From Clostridiaceae bacterium (lineage in GTDB: Bacteria; Bacillota; Clostridia; Saccharofermentanales; DTU023), in the NCBI GenBank assembly GCA_012841015.1, contig DUVN01000023.1, forward strand, positions 60,436-124,435: a stretch of 64,000 nucleotides of DNA, given 5' to 3'. Made by a program: the position numbers and the translations under genes. Shown in pieces: positions 38,742 through 47,745 of the stretch (within the stretch, counting starts at the first letter, position 1; each line of letters opens with the position of its first letter). The notes under the pieces were generated by a model. It worked only from the letters and a program-made list of their open reading frames with translations, was not told the origin of the DNA and ran no database searches.

Positions 38742-41189
38742 TTAAAGCCTTAGACCGCACCTGTTACAGAATGACGCTCGTGCTTTCATGGTCTTTCCAC
38801 ACCTAGGGCACGCCTTGGCGTCGGGCTGCACTCCTTGTTTTGATGCTATTCCCGAATCCGGCGCCATCTCCACGTCGAGCTTTTGCCTTGGCGGCGGCTC
38901 TGACACGAATGCTGATCCTGATGATGGTGAAGGCTCAATCTCCACCTTCAGGACTGGCTCTGGTAACGGCACAAACTCCGGTGTCATTTCCGGTTCTAGT
39001 GTCAGTATCTGTATCGTTTGTTGTCCCAGCTTCATCTCCGGCTCAGGTACCGACACCAGCTTACCTGCATCATTCTCAGCGAACGAGTGACCGCATCTGT
39101 TACAGAATGACGCACGCACTCTTATTGCATTTCCACACCTAGGACATATTTTCCTCTCGGGTTGCGCTTCCCGATCCGGTAGTGGTGGCGCAGGTTCTGG
39201 CACGAATACTGGTTCCCATGATAGCGAATGCTCTGGAGCAATTGCCACTTGTGGTTCTGGTGTCGTATCAACGTTTAGAACCTGCTCCTTCGTCGTAGGT
39301 AACCCCAGCTTCAACTCTGGATCAGTTGCCGGTGAAGGCGTCCCTGCATCGCTTTCTTTGATCGGATGACTCTTTAGAATGGAGAACGCACGCGCGCCCA
39401 TCATATTCCTATTCTCCGGTTGTGCTTCTTGCTCCGATGCCTGCACAGGGCCAAGCACAGATTCCGGTACCATCTCTAGCGTCCGTTTCATTGCTGGCTC
39501 GGGTGGCACTGTCTGTTTTCCTGTATCATTTTTTGTAATCGGGTTGTCTCTCTTTAAATAGAAGAACGCACGCGCGCCCATCATATTCCCATTCTCGGGA
39601 TACGCCATCGTCTCAGACTGCTCCTCTTGTACGGGTGCCTGTACCTCTTCCAGCGTTGGCTCTGATAACGGATCCGATGCCAATGTTATATTGAGTTCGA
39701 TTGTCGGTTCCTGCCCCATTGCTTGTTCCAGTTTCGTTTCTGGTCTGGATGTCGATGTCGGTGTGCCTGCGTCGTATTCTGCGAACGAGTTGCCACACCT
39801 GTTGCAGAATAATGCACTCGCCCTCATGATCCTTCCGCACACGGGACATATCTTTGTTTCAGGTTGCGTTGCCCGATTTGGTGCCGACGCGTGTTTGCGC
39901 GCCAACGCTGGTACAGGTTCAGGTGCGAATTCAGGTTCCGGTACCGGCTCAGACTCTGGAGCCACATCTGCTCTTGGTTCTGGTGCCAGCGCAGGTTCGG
40001 GCGCCTGTTTAAGCTCTGGGACAACTTTTGCTTTTGGCCCTGATGCCAGTTCCGGCGCCACATCTGCCTTTTGTTCTGCTTCTGCTTCTAGCACATTTTC
40101 CAGTTGAGGTGCTGCTTCCGATTCGTTTGTCGATGTCGGCGTTCTGGAGTCGTGCTCTGAGAGCGCGTCATCGCCGATGTCACTGTCTCTTTCTTCGGTT
40201 GTGGGCAAAGGAGAGCTGCCATTCGTTGAATCAACCACCGTTAGAGATGAAGCAAAGGCATTTTGCAGTCTAATATTTTCCCTGATTAAGAGGACGATAT
40301 ACGTTATCGCTGATGTGACAGCAAGTAAGAGAATCGCATAATAATAAAGAGCAAATAAGACCAAAATCCCCTTGCTGCCCAACATATAGCTAATGGTTGA
40401 GTAACCCGCTATTTTTCGCTGCAGAATGAGCGAGGCTGTAAACAAGATGAGACTAAGAACTTGACGTCGAAAATAGAGAATAAAAGCAATGACGTTGACG
40501 AGGACAAATATCACCAGGAGAACTTCCGTCAACACGTCATGTGGGCGATTGCGCAACCAATAATAGTAACTAGTTTGCTTAGTGTAGGCAGTAACAAAAT
40601 AGTCTGCCACAGGAAAAAGTGCTCCGAAAAACGTCAACAGCGACAGATGCAGTAACGGCGACAAGAAAGCCGGTCGTTTCGGTTCTCGAAATTTTGCGTA
40701 GACGGATGAGCCGTGGTACGGAAAATACGGGCGCTTAACGAATAGTAGATAGCTCATAAATAAGATATGCGCAATCATTGCAAGAATGAGAATGCTCCGA
40801 TCCATGCTTGTGACTGGCCATAGTACGGTAGGATCATTGTGATAGGCGATCATCAGAAAGGTGTTGCCGGCAACAAAAACGTAAAAATGCAACCAAATTC
40901 CTGCTTTACGTGATGACCAAATCTGACCAAGAGCGATCATGTTGAATACCACAAAGATGGCATGGAGCAAATAGACCTCTTCATTAGATACGAGAGGATT
41001 TGCTGATCGCACAAGCGAACGAATGAGATCGAGAGTGTAGCTTATAATACTAATCCATAGCCACGCCTTAAGTCCTGTCGTATAGTGAAAGCTCTGGATG
41101 CGACGCTCCTCCACGGCTTTAAACCCAGGGAATAAGTCAAATGCTGCTATTTTGTCTCGTTTAGTACCCATAATGACCTCACTGTTCAT
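38742..41189 (-). CDS. Polytopic membrane protein with a long Pro/Glu-rich tail carrying three zinc-ribbon modules
   Basis: About 9 TM helices in aa 40-330. Three copies of QPE.KICP.CG....A.FCNRCG.SF follow (DNA about 39790-39860, 39090-39160 and 38745-38810), plus a duplicated EN(G/R)NMMGARAF segment. Confidence 0.7.
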   Translation of the reverse strand: MNSEVIMGTKRDKIAAFDLFPGFKAVEERRIQSFHYTTGLKAWLWISIISYTLDLIRSLVRSANPLVSNEEVYLLHAIFVVFNMIALGQIWSSRKAGIWLHFYVFVAGNTFLMIAYHNDPTVLWPVTSMDRSILILAMIAHILFMSYLLFVKRPYFPYHGSSVYAKFREPKRPAFLSPLLHLSLLTFFGALFPVADYFVTAYTKQTSYYYWLRNRPHDVLTEVLLVIFVLVNVIAFILYFRRQVLSLILFTASLILQRKIAGYSTISYMLGSKGILVLFALYYYAILLLAVTSAITYIVLLIRENIRLQNAFASSLTVVDSTNGSSPLPTTEERDSDIGDDALSEHDSRTPTSTNESEAAPQLENVLEAEAEQKADVAPELASGPKAKVVPELKQAPEPALAPEPRADVAPESEPVPEPEFAPEPVPALARKHASAPNRATQPETKICPVCGRIMRASALFCNRCGNSFAEYDAGTPTSTSRPETKLEQAMGQEPTIELNITLASDPLSEPTLEEVQAPVQEEQSETMAYPENGNMMGARAFFYLKRDNPITKNDTGKQTVPPEPAMKRTLEMVPESVLGPVQASEQEAQPENRNMMGARAFSILKSHPIKESDAGTPSPATDPELKLGLPTTKEQVLNVDTTPEPQVAIAPEHSLSWEPVFVPEPAPPLPDREAQPERKICPRCGNAIRVRASFCNRCGHSFAENDAGKLVSVPEPEMKLGQQTIQILTLEPEMTPEFVPLPEPVLKVEIEPSPSSGSAFVSEPPPRQKLDVEMAPDSGIASKQGVQPDAKACPRCGKTMKARASFCNRCGLRL

Positions 41190-41587
41190 GTTAAAAGTTA
41201 ATGTCGTGTTTCACGTTCGTTTTGTTTTTTACCGTAATGCTACATCGCTGTACTGCAATGAATCGTCACTGACAATTAACCAGTCTTGCTGCAACATGCT
41301 ACAGCAGCAGTAAGAGGAGATAACGGCAGGGACAGTAGTAGGAAAAGCTATGTTTCCTATGCCTATAAGCGAGCATCTCTTATGGGTAGCATGATAAACT
41401 AGGATTATGTATCAAACAAGCAGTGAAGCGATTTGCAAAAGTTGAGTGTATCTAATAATACCGCTAGCCTGTTAAGACGAGACAAGAGGTCATGCCGACA
41501 AGTGAACTTCATGATCGGAAAAGCTTGTTTGCCGTGTGAAATCGCTACTTTTGTGCGCAGGATTAGGGTAGTAGTAAGGGGTTGAAG

Positions 41588-43333
41588 ATGCGTTGCAAGG
41601 TTTGTCGCCGTAAAATACCGACACATGCCCATTTCTGCCGATATTGCGGGACTGTGGTGGATGGTAAGAATGAAAACGTGCAGAGTGTCACAGAGAGTGC
41701 TCGTTCTGACTCGCACGTTTTATCTACACCTGAGAATCATCGTGACAATGAACACCACACCAATGCAACACCGCAAGTGACAAAGAGGGGGAGGAAGCGA
41801 TCCTACGTTTTTGTCTCAATCATCGTTCTCGTTTTACTTACCGTTTCTGTTGCTTTGTACGCACTGCTGGGAGGCTTGCTTTTTTCACGGCGCGAACAAG
41901 TGACGGAGGTAGACCGCTCTCTTCTCCACAGTGGTATCGTGCTGCCGGAAGTAGATGATTTTCCTTCTCACAGTGGCATCAAACTGCCCCATGAGAGCAG
42001 CTCGCCAGAGCATACGCAGGCAGTTGATGTAAAGGTTCCTCCTTCAACTGCTCTGCCCACAACGACTCCGGCGCCGATTGTTGCTAAAGCGCTCGATCTT
42101 ACTGTCAAACAGGTTGACGTTACAAGCTTTCCTGTGATTCGTCTGTATATGGATATACGTGATGAGTTCGGTGTAATACCGAAGGACTTGAGCGGAGGGA
42201 TGTTTTTCCTGTCGGAAAAGCGTGCGCATGATCCGGACTATATCAAAAGAAGCATCAAGCGTGTTGTGCAGCTCGATGAACAGGAACAGATTAATATTCA
42301 CCTCGTCGCAGATGTTAGTGGCAGTATGATGGGGACTCCTATCTACGATGCCATTTCTGTGATGAGGAGATTTCTTGATCATGTGCAGTTCGGCATTGGT
42401 GACATGATGCAATTAACAGCTTTTAATTCTCAAGTTACGGAGATCCAGCCGTTTACAAAAGATAAGGCTGCTTTGCAATATGCCCTTAATGATCTCGATG
42501 CATGGGGTGATACAGCCCTTTTCGATGCTCTGTATTTTGCGATCCACCACACGGCACTTCAGGAAGGCGCAAAATGTATCATCGCCTTTACTGATGGTGA
42601 GGATAATGCCAGCTCGGTCAGTTTCGAGACAGTCATTGAGGACAGCAAGCACTTTGGTATACCGATTTTTATTATCGGTGTCGACATGGACGAAAGTTAC
42701 GAGCTGTCTGTTTTAGAGAATATCTGCACGCAAACGGGCGGCAGTTATCATTCCATCAAAGAGATCGATGCGCTCGAAAGTATCTACAACCACGTTTACC
42801 GTGCTCAGAAAGAACAATATCTCGTTGAATATACGACTGAGTCGGATAAAGGGAAAATGAGTGACCAGTTCGATGTCCAAATTTGCCTTCAGACTCCTGC
42901 CTATACAGGAGAAGTAGATTTGAGTTTTGAGCCTCATCTTCTTTTAGACGTTGATGAGTCATACGCCGCTCAGGACGATATTGAGATGATACTCTCTTCT
43001 TATCTAAAGGGATTTGTCTCGGCGATGCGGACGAATAGGTTCTCTGATTTGAGCTGGACCATGATAAAAGATAGTCCGATCTACATTGAGCAGAAGCGGT
43101 TTACACAAAAGGATATAGACGAAGAGCTTATCTCGTACGAGATTCTTGAGAAAAAGATTAAAGGAGATCAGTGCACTCTCCTCGTCCGTGAGAATTATTA
43201 TATTCAATCAAAGCGCACAGCGCTTCACATGATGACTCAGATCGCACACTATCGATTGTTCAAAACGGCAGACGGTTGGCGCTTTCACTCGTTTGTCGAA
43301 CCGGTTATAGTTGTTCAAAAGATTTACCAGTGA
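41588..43333 (+). CDS. Zinc-ribbon / single-TM / vWA-domain protein with a TcaA/YvbJ-like NTF2-type C-terminus
   Basis: CKVCRRKIPTHAHFCRYCG, a TM helix (VFVSIIVLVLLTVSVALYALLGGLL), and the MIDAS motif DVSGSM with TDGEDN. An AAGGGG SD precedes ATG 41588. Confidence 0.8.
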   Translation: MRCKVCRRKIPTHAHFCRYCGTVVDGKNENVQSVTESARSDSHVLSTPENHRDNEHHTNATPQVTKRGRKRSYVFVSIIVLVLLTVSVALYALLGGLLFSRREQVTEVDRSLLHSGIVLPEVDDFPSHSGIKLPHESSSPEHTQAVDVKVPPSTALPTTTPAPIVAKALDLTVKQVDVTSFPVIRLYMDIRDEFGVIPKDLSGGMFFLSEKRAHDPDYIKRSIKRVVQLDEQEQINIHLVADVSGSMMGTPIYDAISVMRRFLDHVQFGIGDMMQLTAFNSQVTEIQPFTKDKAALQYALNDLDAWGDTALFDALYFAIHHTALQEGAKCIIAFTDGEDNASSVSFETVIEDSKHFGIPIFIIGVDMDESYELSVLENICTQTGGSYHSIKEIDALESIYNHVYRAQKEQYLVEYTTESDKGKMSDQFDVQICLQTPAYTGEVDLSFEPHLLLDVDESYAAQDDIEMILSSYLKGFVSAMRTNRFSDLSWTMIKDSPIYIEQKRFTQKDIDEELISYEILEKKIKGDQCTLLVRENYYIQSKRTALHMMTQIAHYRLFKTADGWRFHSFVEPVIVVQKIYQ

Positions 43334-43454
43334 CTAAATCATAGAGCCGATAACGATCTCTTTGGAGTAGGTGCTGTCAAACAGCAGTTGTCTTGAAGGA
43401 AGCAGTCAGCGATACAGCACAGCATACTGAGGTACAATAATTGTGCTGATTTCT

Positions 43455-43935
43455 TCTAATGGCTTGTGGTCAAAATTTACGCTTTGAGCACGGGCCCTTA
43501 CCCAAAACGTCATTTTTGGCCAGATTCGAGCGTTTACAGGCGGCATATGGACAAAATTTACGCTTTGAGCACGGGGTCCTTACCCAAAACGTCATTTTTG
43601 GCCAGATTCGAGCGATTACAGGCGGTTTGCGGACAAAATTTACGCTTTGAGCACGGGCCCCTTACCCTAAACGTCATTTTTGGCCAGATTCGAGCGTTTA
43701 CAGGCGGCATGTGGACAAAATTTACGCTTTGAGCACGGGCTCCTTACCCAAAACGTCATTTTTGACCAGATCCGGGCGTTTTCAAGCTGGTTGTGGACAA
43801 ATTTTCCACTTTGAGCACGGGGTCCTTACCCAAAACGTCATTTTTGACCAGATCCGGGCGTTTTCAAGCCGGTTGTGGACAAATTTCCCACTTTGAGCAC
43901 GGAATCATTACTCAAAACGTCATTTCTGACCATTT
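43455..43935 (+). repeat. Family-B tandem repeat array, about 6 units of 81-82 bp
   Basis: CAAAATTTAC(G/C)CTTTGAGCACGG starts at 43471, 43552, 43634, 43716, 43798 and 43880. Each unit contains the hairpin CCAAAA-cgtcat-TTTTGG. Confidence 0.9.
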
Positions 43936-44065
43936 TAGCACGCTAAGCGTTTTGATCTAGGCCAACACCGTGCAACTCTAGATTGACTGCAGTCAAGTTT
44001 TTTGCCTTGAGGCAAATCGTTTTAATTAAGACAACACCACTTAACTGCATTTTATTGATTTTATA

Positions 44066-44090
44066 GCTTGCCGGCGGATGACCGGCAAGC
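44066..44090. terminator. GC-rich hairpin between the repeat array and pck
   Basis: GCTTGCCGG-cggatga-CCGGCAAGC forms a 9-bp stem. Neither side has a clean U-tract. Confidence 0.35.
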
Positions 44091-44173
44091 CTCTACTTTA
44101 AGCGGGAATGTTTCGAGCTAATGAGCTCGTCGGCCTAGTTCCAGTACCGGTAGTTCCATTTTACTGTGAGTGA

Positions 44174-45961
44174 TTATAGCCTCTTTTCCACGGCATCGAG
44201 TTGGTCGAACAGCTCTTTCGGCATTTTCGGTCCGTAACCTTCGAAATGGCTACGAATCGCCTCAAGTTCACGTTGCCACTCGTCGCGGTTCACGGTTGTG
44301 AGAGCTTCGAGGTCTTCCGTCGGCAGATCTAAACCATCGAGATAGAGATCCTCTACGTTAGGCAGGTATCCGATGGCTGTTTCTTGTGCGCCAATGACTC
44401 CGTCGCAGCGTTCGACGACCCATTTCAGGACGCGGCTGTTTTCACCGAATCCAGGCCATAGGAAGTGCCCGTCTGCACCTTTTCTGAACCAGTTGACGGC
44501 AAAGATTTTTGGCAGTTTATCTGGATCGCCTTTTCTGCCGATTTCGAGCCAATGGTTAAGATAATCGCCGACATGGTAACCAATAAAAGGTAACATGGCG
44601 AACGGGTCACGGCGAACTTGTCCGATTTTGTCGGAGATAACGGCTGCCGTAATCTCTGAGCCCATAACGGCTCCTAGGAATACACCGTGTTCCCAGTTAA
44701 AGCTCTGGTAGACGAGCGGGATGGTTGATGGGCGTCGCCCTCCGACGAGAATCGCATCGATCGGCACGCCGGCGGGGTCATCCCAATTCGGTGCGATGGA
44801 AGGGCAGTTTGTCGCAGGCGCGGTAAATCGCGCGTTGGGGTGTGCGGCTTTTCCGTCTGATGCAGGACTCCAATCATTCCCATGCCAATCGATAAGATGT
44901 TCAGGTGCAGGCTCATCGATCCCTTCCCACCACACGTCGCCGTCATCTTTTAGAGCGACATTCGTGAAGATCGTATTGTGCTTGATTGATTCCATCGCGT
45001 TCGGATTCGATTCGAAAGAGGTGCCTGGCGCAACACCAAAGAAACCAGCCTCCGGATTGATCGCATACAGTCGTCCGTCCTCTCCAAAGCACATCCACGC
45101 AATGTCGTCACCAACTGTCTCGACTGTCCAGCCGGGCACGGTCGGTTGCAGCATGGCTAAATTCGTCTTGCCGCAAGCGGAGGGGAAGGCGCCACAGACG
45201 TAATAAACTTTCCCTTCGGGAGATGTCAGCTTGAGGATCAACATATGCTCGGCGAGCCACCCCTCGTCACGGGCGAGCACGGAGGCGATGCGAAGTGCAA
45301 AGCACTTCTTGCCGAGGAGCGCGTTGCCGCCATAGCCCGAACCGTATGACCATATCTCGCGCGTCTCGGGGAAGTGGCTGATATATTTTTTGTCCATGGG
45401 GGCGCACGGCCATGCGACATCCTTTTCGCCCGGCTCGAGAGGGGCGCCAACAGAGTGGAGACACGGGACGAATTCGCCGTCCTCGCCGAGTAGATCGAGC
45501 ACCTCTTTGCCCATTCGTGTCATGATACGCATATTCGCCACGACGTAGGAGCTATCCGTCAATTCTATTCCGATTTTTGCTGCTGGTGAGCCGAGCGGTC
45601 CCATGCTGAACGGTATGACGTACATTGTCCGTCCATGCATCGCACCACGGTAGAGTTCGCGCATCGTCTCTCTCAGCTCGGTCGGGTCGATCCAATTGTT
45701 GGTCGGGCCAGCGTCATCTTCACTTTCGGAAGCAATAAAAGTACGACCTTCGACACGGGCAACGTCAGACGGGTCACTACGGAACAGATAACACCCAGGG
45801 CGTTTCTCACAATTTAAACGGACGGCGGCGCCATTTGCGACGTTTTCTTCTAAAAGTCGTTCGTTTTCCTCTTCTGAACCGTCACACCAATGAATTGAGT
45901 CCGGTTCAAGTAAAGCGGCCATCTCTTCAACCCACTCCAATAGTTTCTTATGCTTTACCAT
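44174..45961 (-). CDS. pckG: Phosphoenolpyruvate carboxykinase (GTP)
   Basis: Full-length GTP-PEPCK-like sequence with the kinase-1a loop [11 protein letters not shown]. Confidence 0.95.
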   Translation of the reverse strand: MVKHKKLLEWVEEMAALLEPDSIHWCDGSEEENERLLEENVANGAAVRLNCEKRPGCYLFRSDPSDVARVEGRTFIASESEDDAGPTNNWIDPTELRETMRELYRGAMHGRTMYVIPFSMGPLGSPAAKIGIELTDSSYVVANMRIMTRMGKEVLDLLGEDGEFVPCLHSVGAPLEPGEKDVAWPCAPMDKKYISHFPETREIWSYGSGYGGNALLGKKCFALRIASVLARDEGWLAEHMLILKLTSPEGKVYYVCGAFPSACGKTNLAMLQPTVPGWTVETVGDDIAWMCFGEDGRLYAINPEAGFFGVAPGTSFESNPNAMESIKHNTIFTNVALKDDGDVWWEGIDEPAPEHLIDWHGNDWSPASDGKAAHPNARFTAPATNCPSIAPNWDDPAGVPIDAILVGGRRPSTIPLVYQSFNWEHGVFLGAVMGSEITAAVISDKIGQVRRDPFAMLPFIGYHVGDYLNHWLEIGRKGDPDKLPKIFAVNWFRKGADGHFLWPGFGENSRVLKWVVERCDGVIGAQETAIGYLPNVEDLYLDGLDLPTEDLEALTTVNRDEWQRELEAIRSHFEGYGPKMPKELFDQLDAVEKRL

Positions 45962-46367
45962 TGATTACCTCACTTATAATTTGTTAAAAATCTTTTCGAT
46001 ACGATGATGTGCCTTGCGTATGACCGGGATACAATAAACAGCCGATCCAGTCGCTACGCTTTGATTGTTCTTCAGTGTAACACGATGGATGGCGATCTGT
46101 GAAAGTGCGTTTGTACGAATTACATATCGCAGCTACAGGCTGTCTCGTGATATGATGACTTAGAGATTAGGAAGACTGAGAGGGTGTTTAGGAGTTCCCG
46201 CTTTACTAGATCTTGGGTAGACTGCCTAGGCGTTAGAAAAAGCTTCTTTGTCAAGTCCTAAGAAGAATAACTGGGTATCAAGAAGCGTTCGCTTTGCGGG
46301 ATCTCAGTCGTCAGATAATCGAAAAATGATTGTAGGTCATACTTCGTATGCAATGAAAGGAAAATAT

Positions 46368-47552
46368 ATGGTTTCAGATCGTATCAGGAGGATGTCTCCG
46401 TCACAGACACTAGAGCTCAACGCCAAGGTTGCCGAATTGCGCGCAGAAGGGAAGAGCATTATTGCGCTCAACAGTGGTGAACCTGACTTCAATACGCCTC
46501 CGCCAGTGATCGAGGCAGCGCATCGCGCGATGCTAGAGGGAAAGACAAAGTACACGCCGACACCGGGTATCTTGCCCCTACGAGAAGCGATTGCGCGCAA
46601 GCTCTCAAAAGATAATCACATTGAGTACAACCCGAACGAAATCATCGTCTCGATCGGTGCCAAGTTTGTACTTGCTGCTGCGTTTCAAGTCTTATGCAAC
46701 CCGGGCGATGAAGTGATCATTCCTACACCGTGCTGGGTGAGCTATGTGGAGATGGTCAAACTGGCAGAAGGTGTTCCCGTTCTCGTCCCAGTTGCCGATG
46801 ACAATAGGCTAGACGTCGATGAGCTGGAGCGTGCAATTACACCGAAAACGCGTATCATTTTGATCAATTCGCCTAATAATCCGACGGGGGCTGTCTACAC
46901 GGAGGAGAGTCTTCGCCGTGTTGCGGAGCTCGCTGTCGAGCATGACTGCTTCATCATTACAGATGAAGTTTACGAGAAGCTCATTTATGGGACGACGCCT
47001 CACGTCAGTATTGCAGCTTTCTCGCCGGAAGTCTGGGAGCGAACACTGACAGTTAACGCTCTTTCCAAAGCTTACGCCATGACGGGTTGGCGTATCGGCT
47101 ATGCTGCCGGACCGCGGGATATCATAAAGGGCATATCAGCGATCCAGAGTCACACGACCTCCAATAGCACGTCATTCGTTCAATGGGCGTCGATCACAGC
47201 CCTAGACGAGTGTGATGAATACGTCGAGTTTATGCGCAAAGCCTTCGAAGAGAGGCGCAATTATATGTTTGAGCGCGTGAGTGCAATTCCCGGGTTCAAA
47301 TGTCCGTTCCCAGAGGGTGCGTTCTACTTGTTTCCAGATGTTTCTGGAACGTTTGGGAAACGCACAGGCGATCGTGTCATCACCGATGCGCCAGCGCTCG
47401 CTAACTACCTTCTTGATGAGGCAGGCGTTGCGCTCGTTCCGGGTAACGCTTTCGAAGCGCCCAACGCTATAAGACTCACGTACTCCAATTCGATGGAGAA
47501 TTTAACCGTGGCGATGGACCGCATCGAAGCTGCGATCAATAAACTTGTTTGA
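46368..47552 (+). CDS. Aspartate/aromatic aminotransferase (class I PLP)
   Basis: NPNNPTG and SKAYAMTGWRIGY (PLP Lys). ATG 46368 has an AAGGAAA SD; the track start at 46248 adds 40 unsupported residues. Confidence 0.9.
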   Translation: MVSDRIRRMSPSQTLELNAKVAELRAEGKSIIALNSGEPDFNTPPPVIEAAHRAMLEGKTKYTPTPGILPLREAIARKLSKDNHIEYNPNEIIVSIGAKFVLAAAFQVLCNPGDEVIIPTPCWVSYVEMVKLAEGVPVLVPVADDNRLDVDELERAITPKTRIILINSPNNPTGAVYTEESLRRVAELAVEHDCFIITDEVYEKLIYGTTPHVSIAAFSPEVWERTLTVNALSKAYAMTGWRIGYAAGPRDIIKGISAIQSHTTSNSTSFVQWASITALDECDEYVEFMRKAFEERRNYMFERVSAIPGFKCPFPEGAFYLFPDVSGTFGKRTGDRVITDAPALANYLLDEAGVALVPGNAFEAPNAIRLTYSNSMENLTVAMDRIEAAINKLV

Positions 47553-47745
47553 TTCACTGATGTCGTCCGATGTCAACCAACTCGACGTGAACGGTAGGGT
47601 TAAAATCTGTGCAGGGATCATCACGGAACACTTGTACGCAAATCTGTTCAATATAAAGGATAAAATGGTGGCGTAGACTTCTTAAACAGCAGATGTCTGT
47701 CATTTCGTAAGAGAGATGTCCGTATTTTTGCAGGGGAGGATCGTC

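Noticed and set aside
43459-43896. ORF-track 'proteins' such as MACGQNLRFEHGPLPKTSFLARFERLQ... (also 27896-28196)
   Set aside because: These are translations of the 82-bp tandem repeat. The period is not a multiple of 3, so the frame drifts between units. There is no RBS, and the same repeats are 'coding' on both strands.
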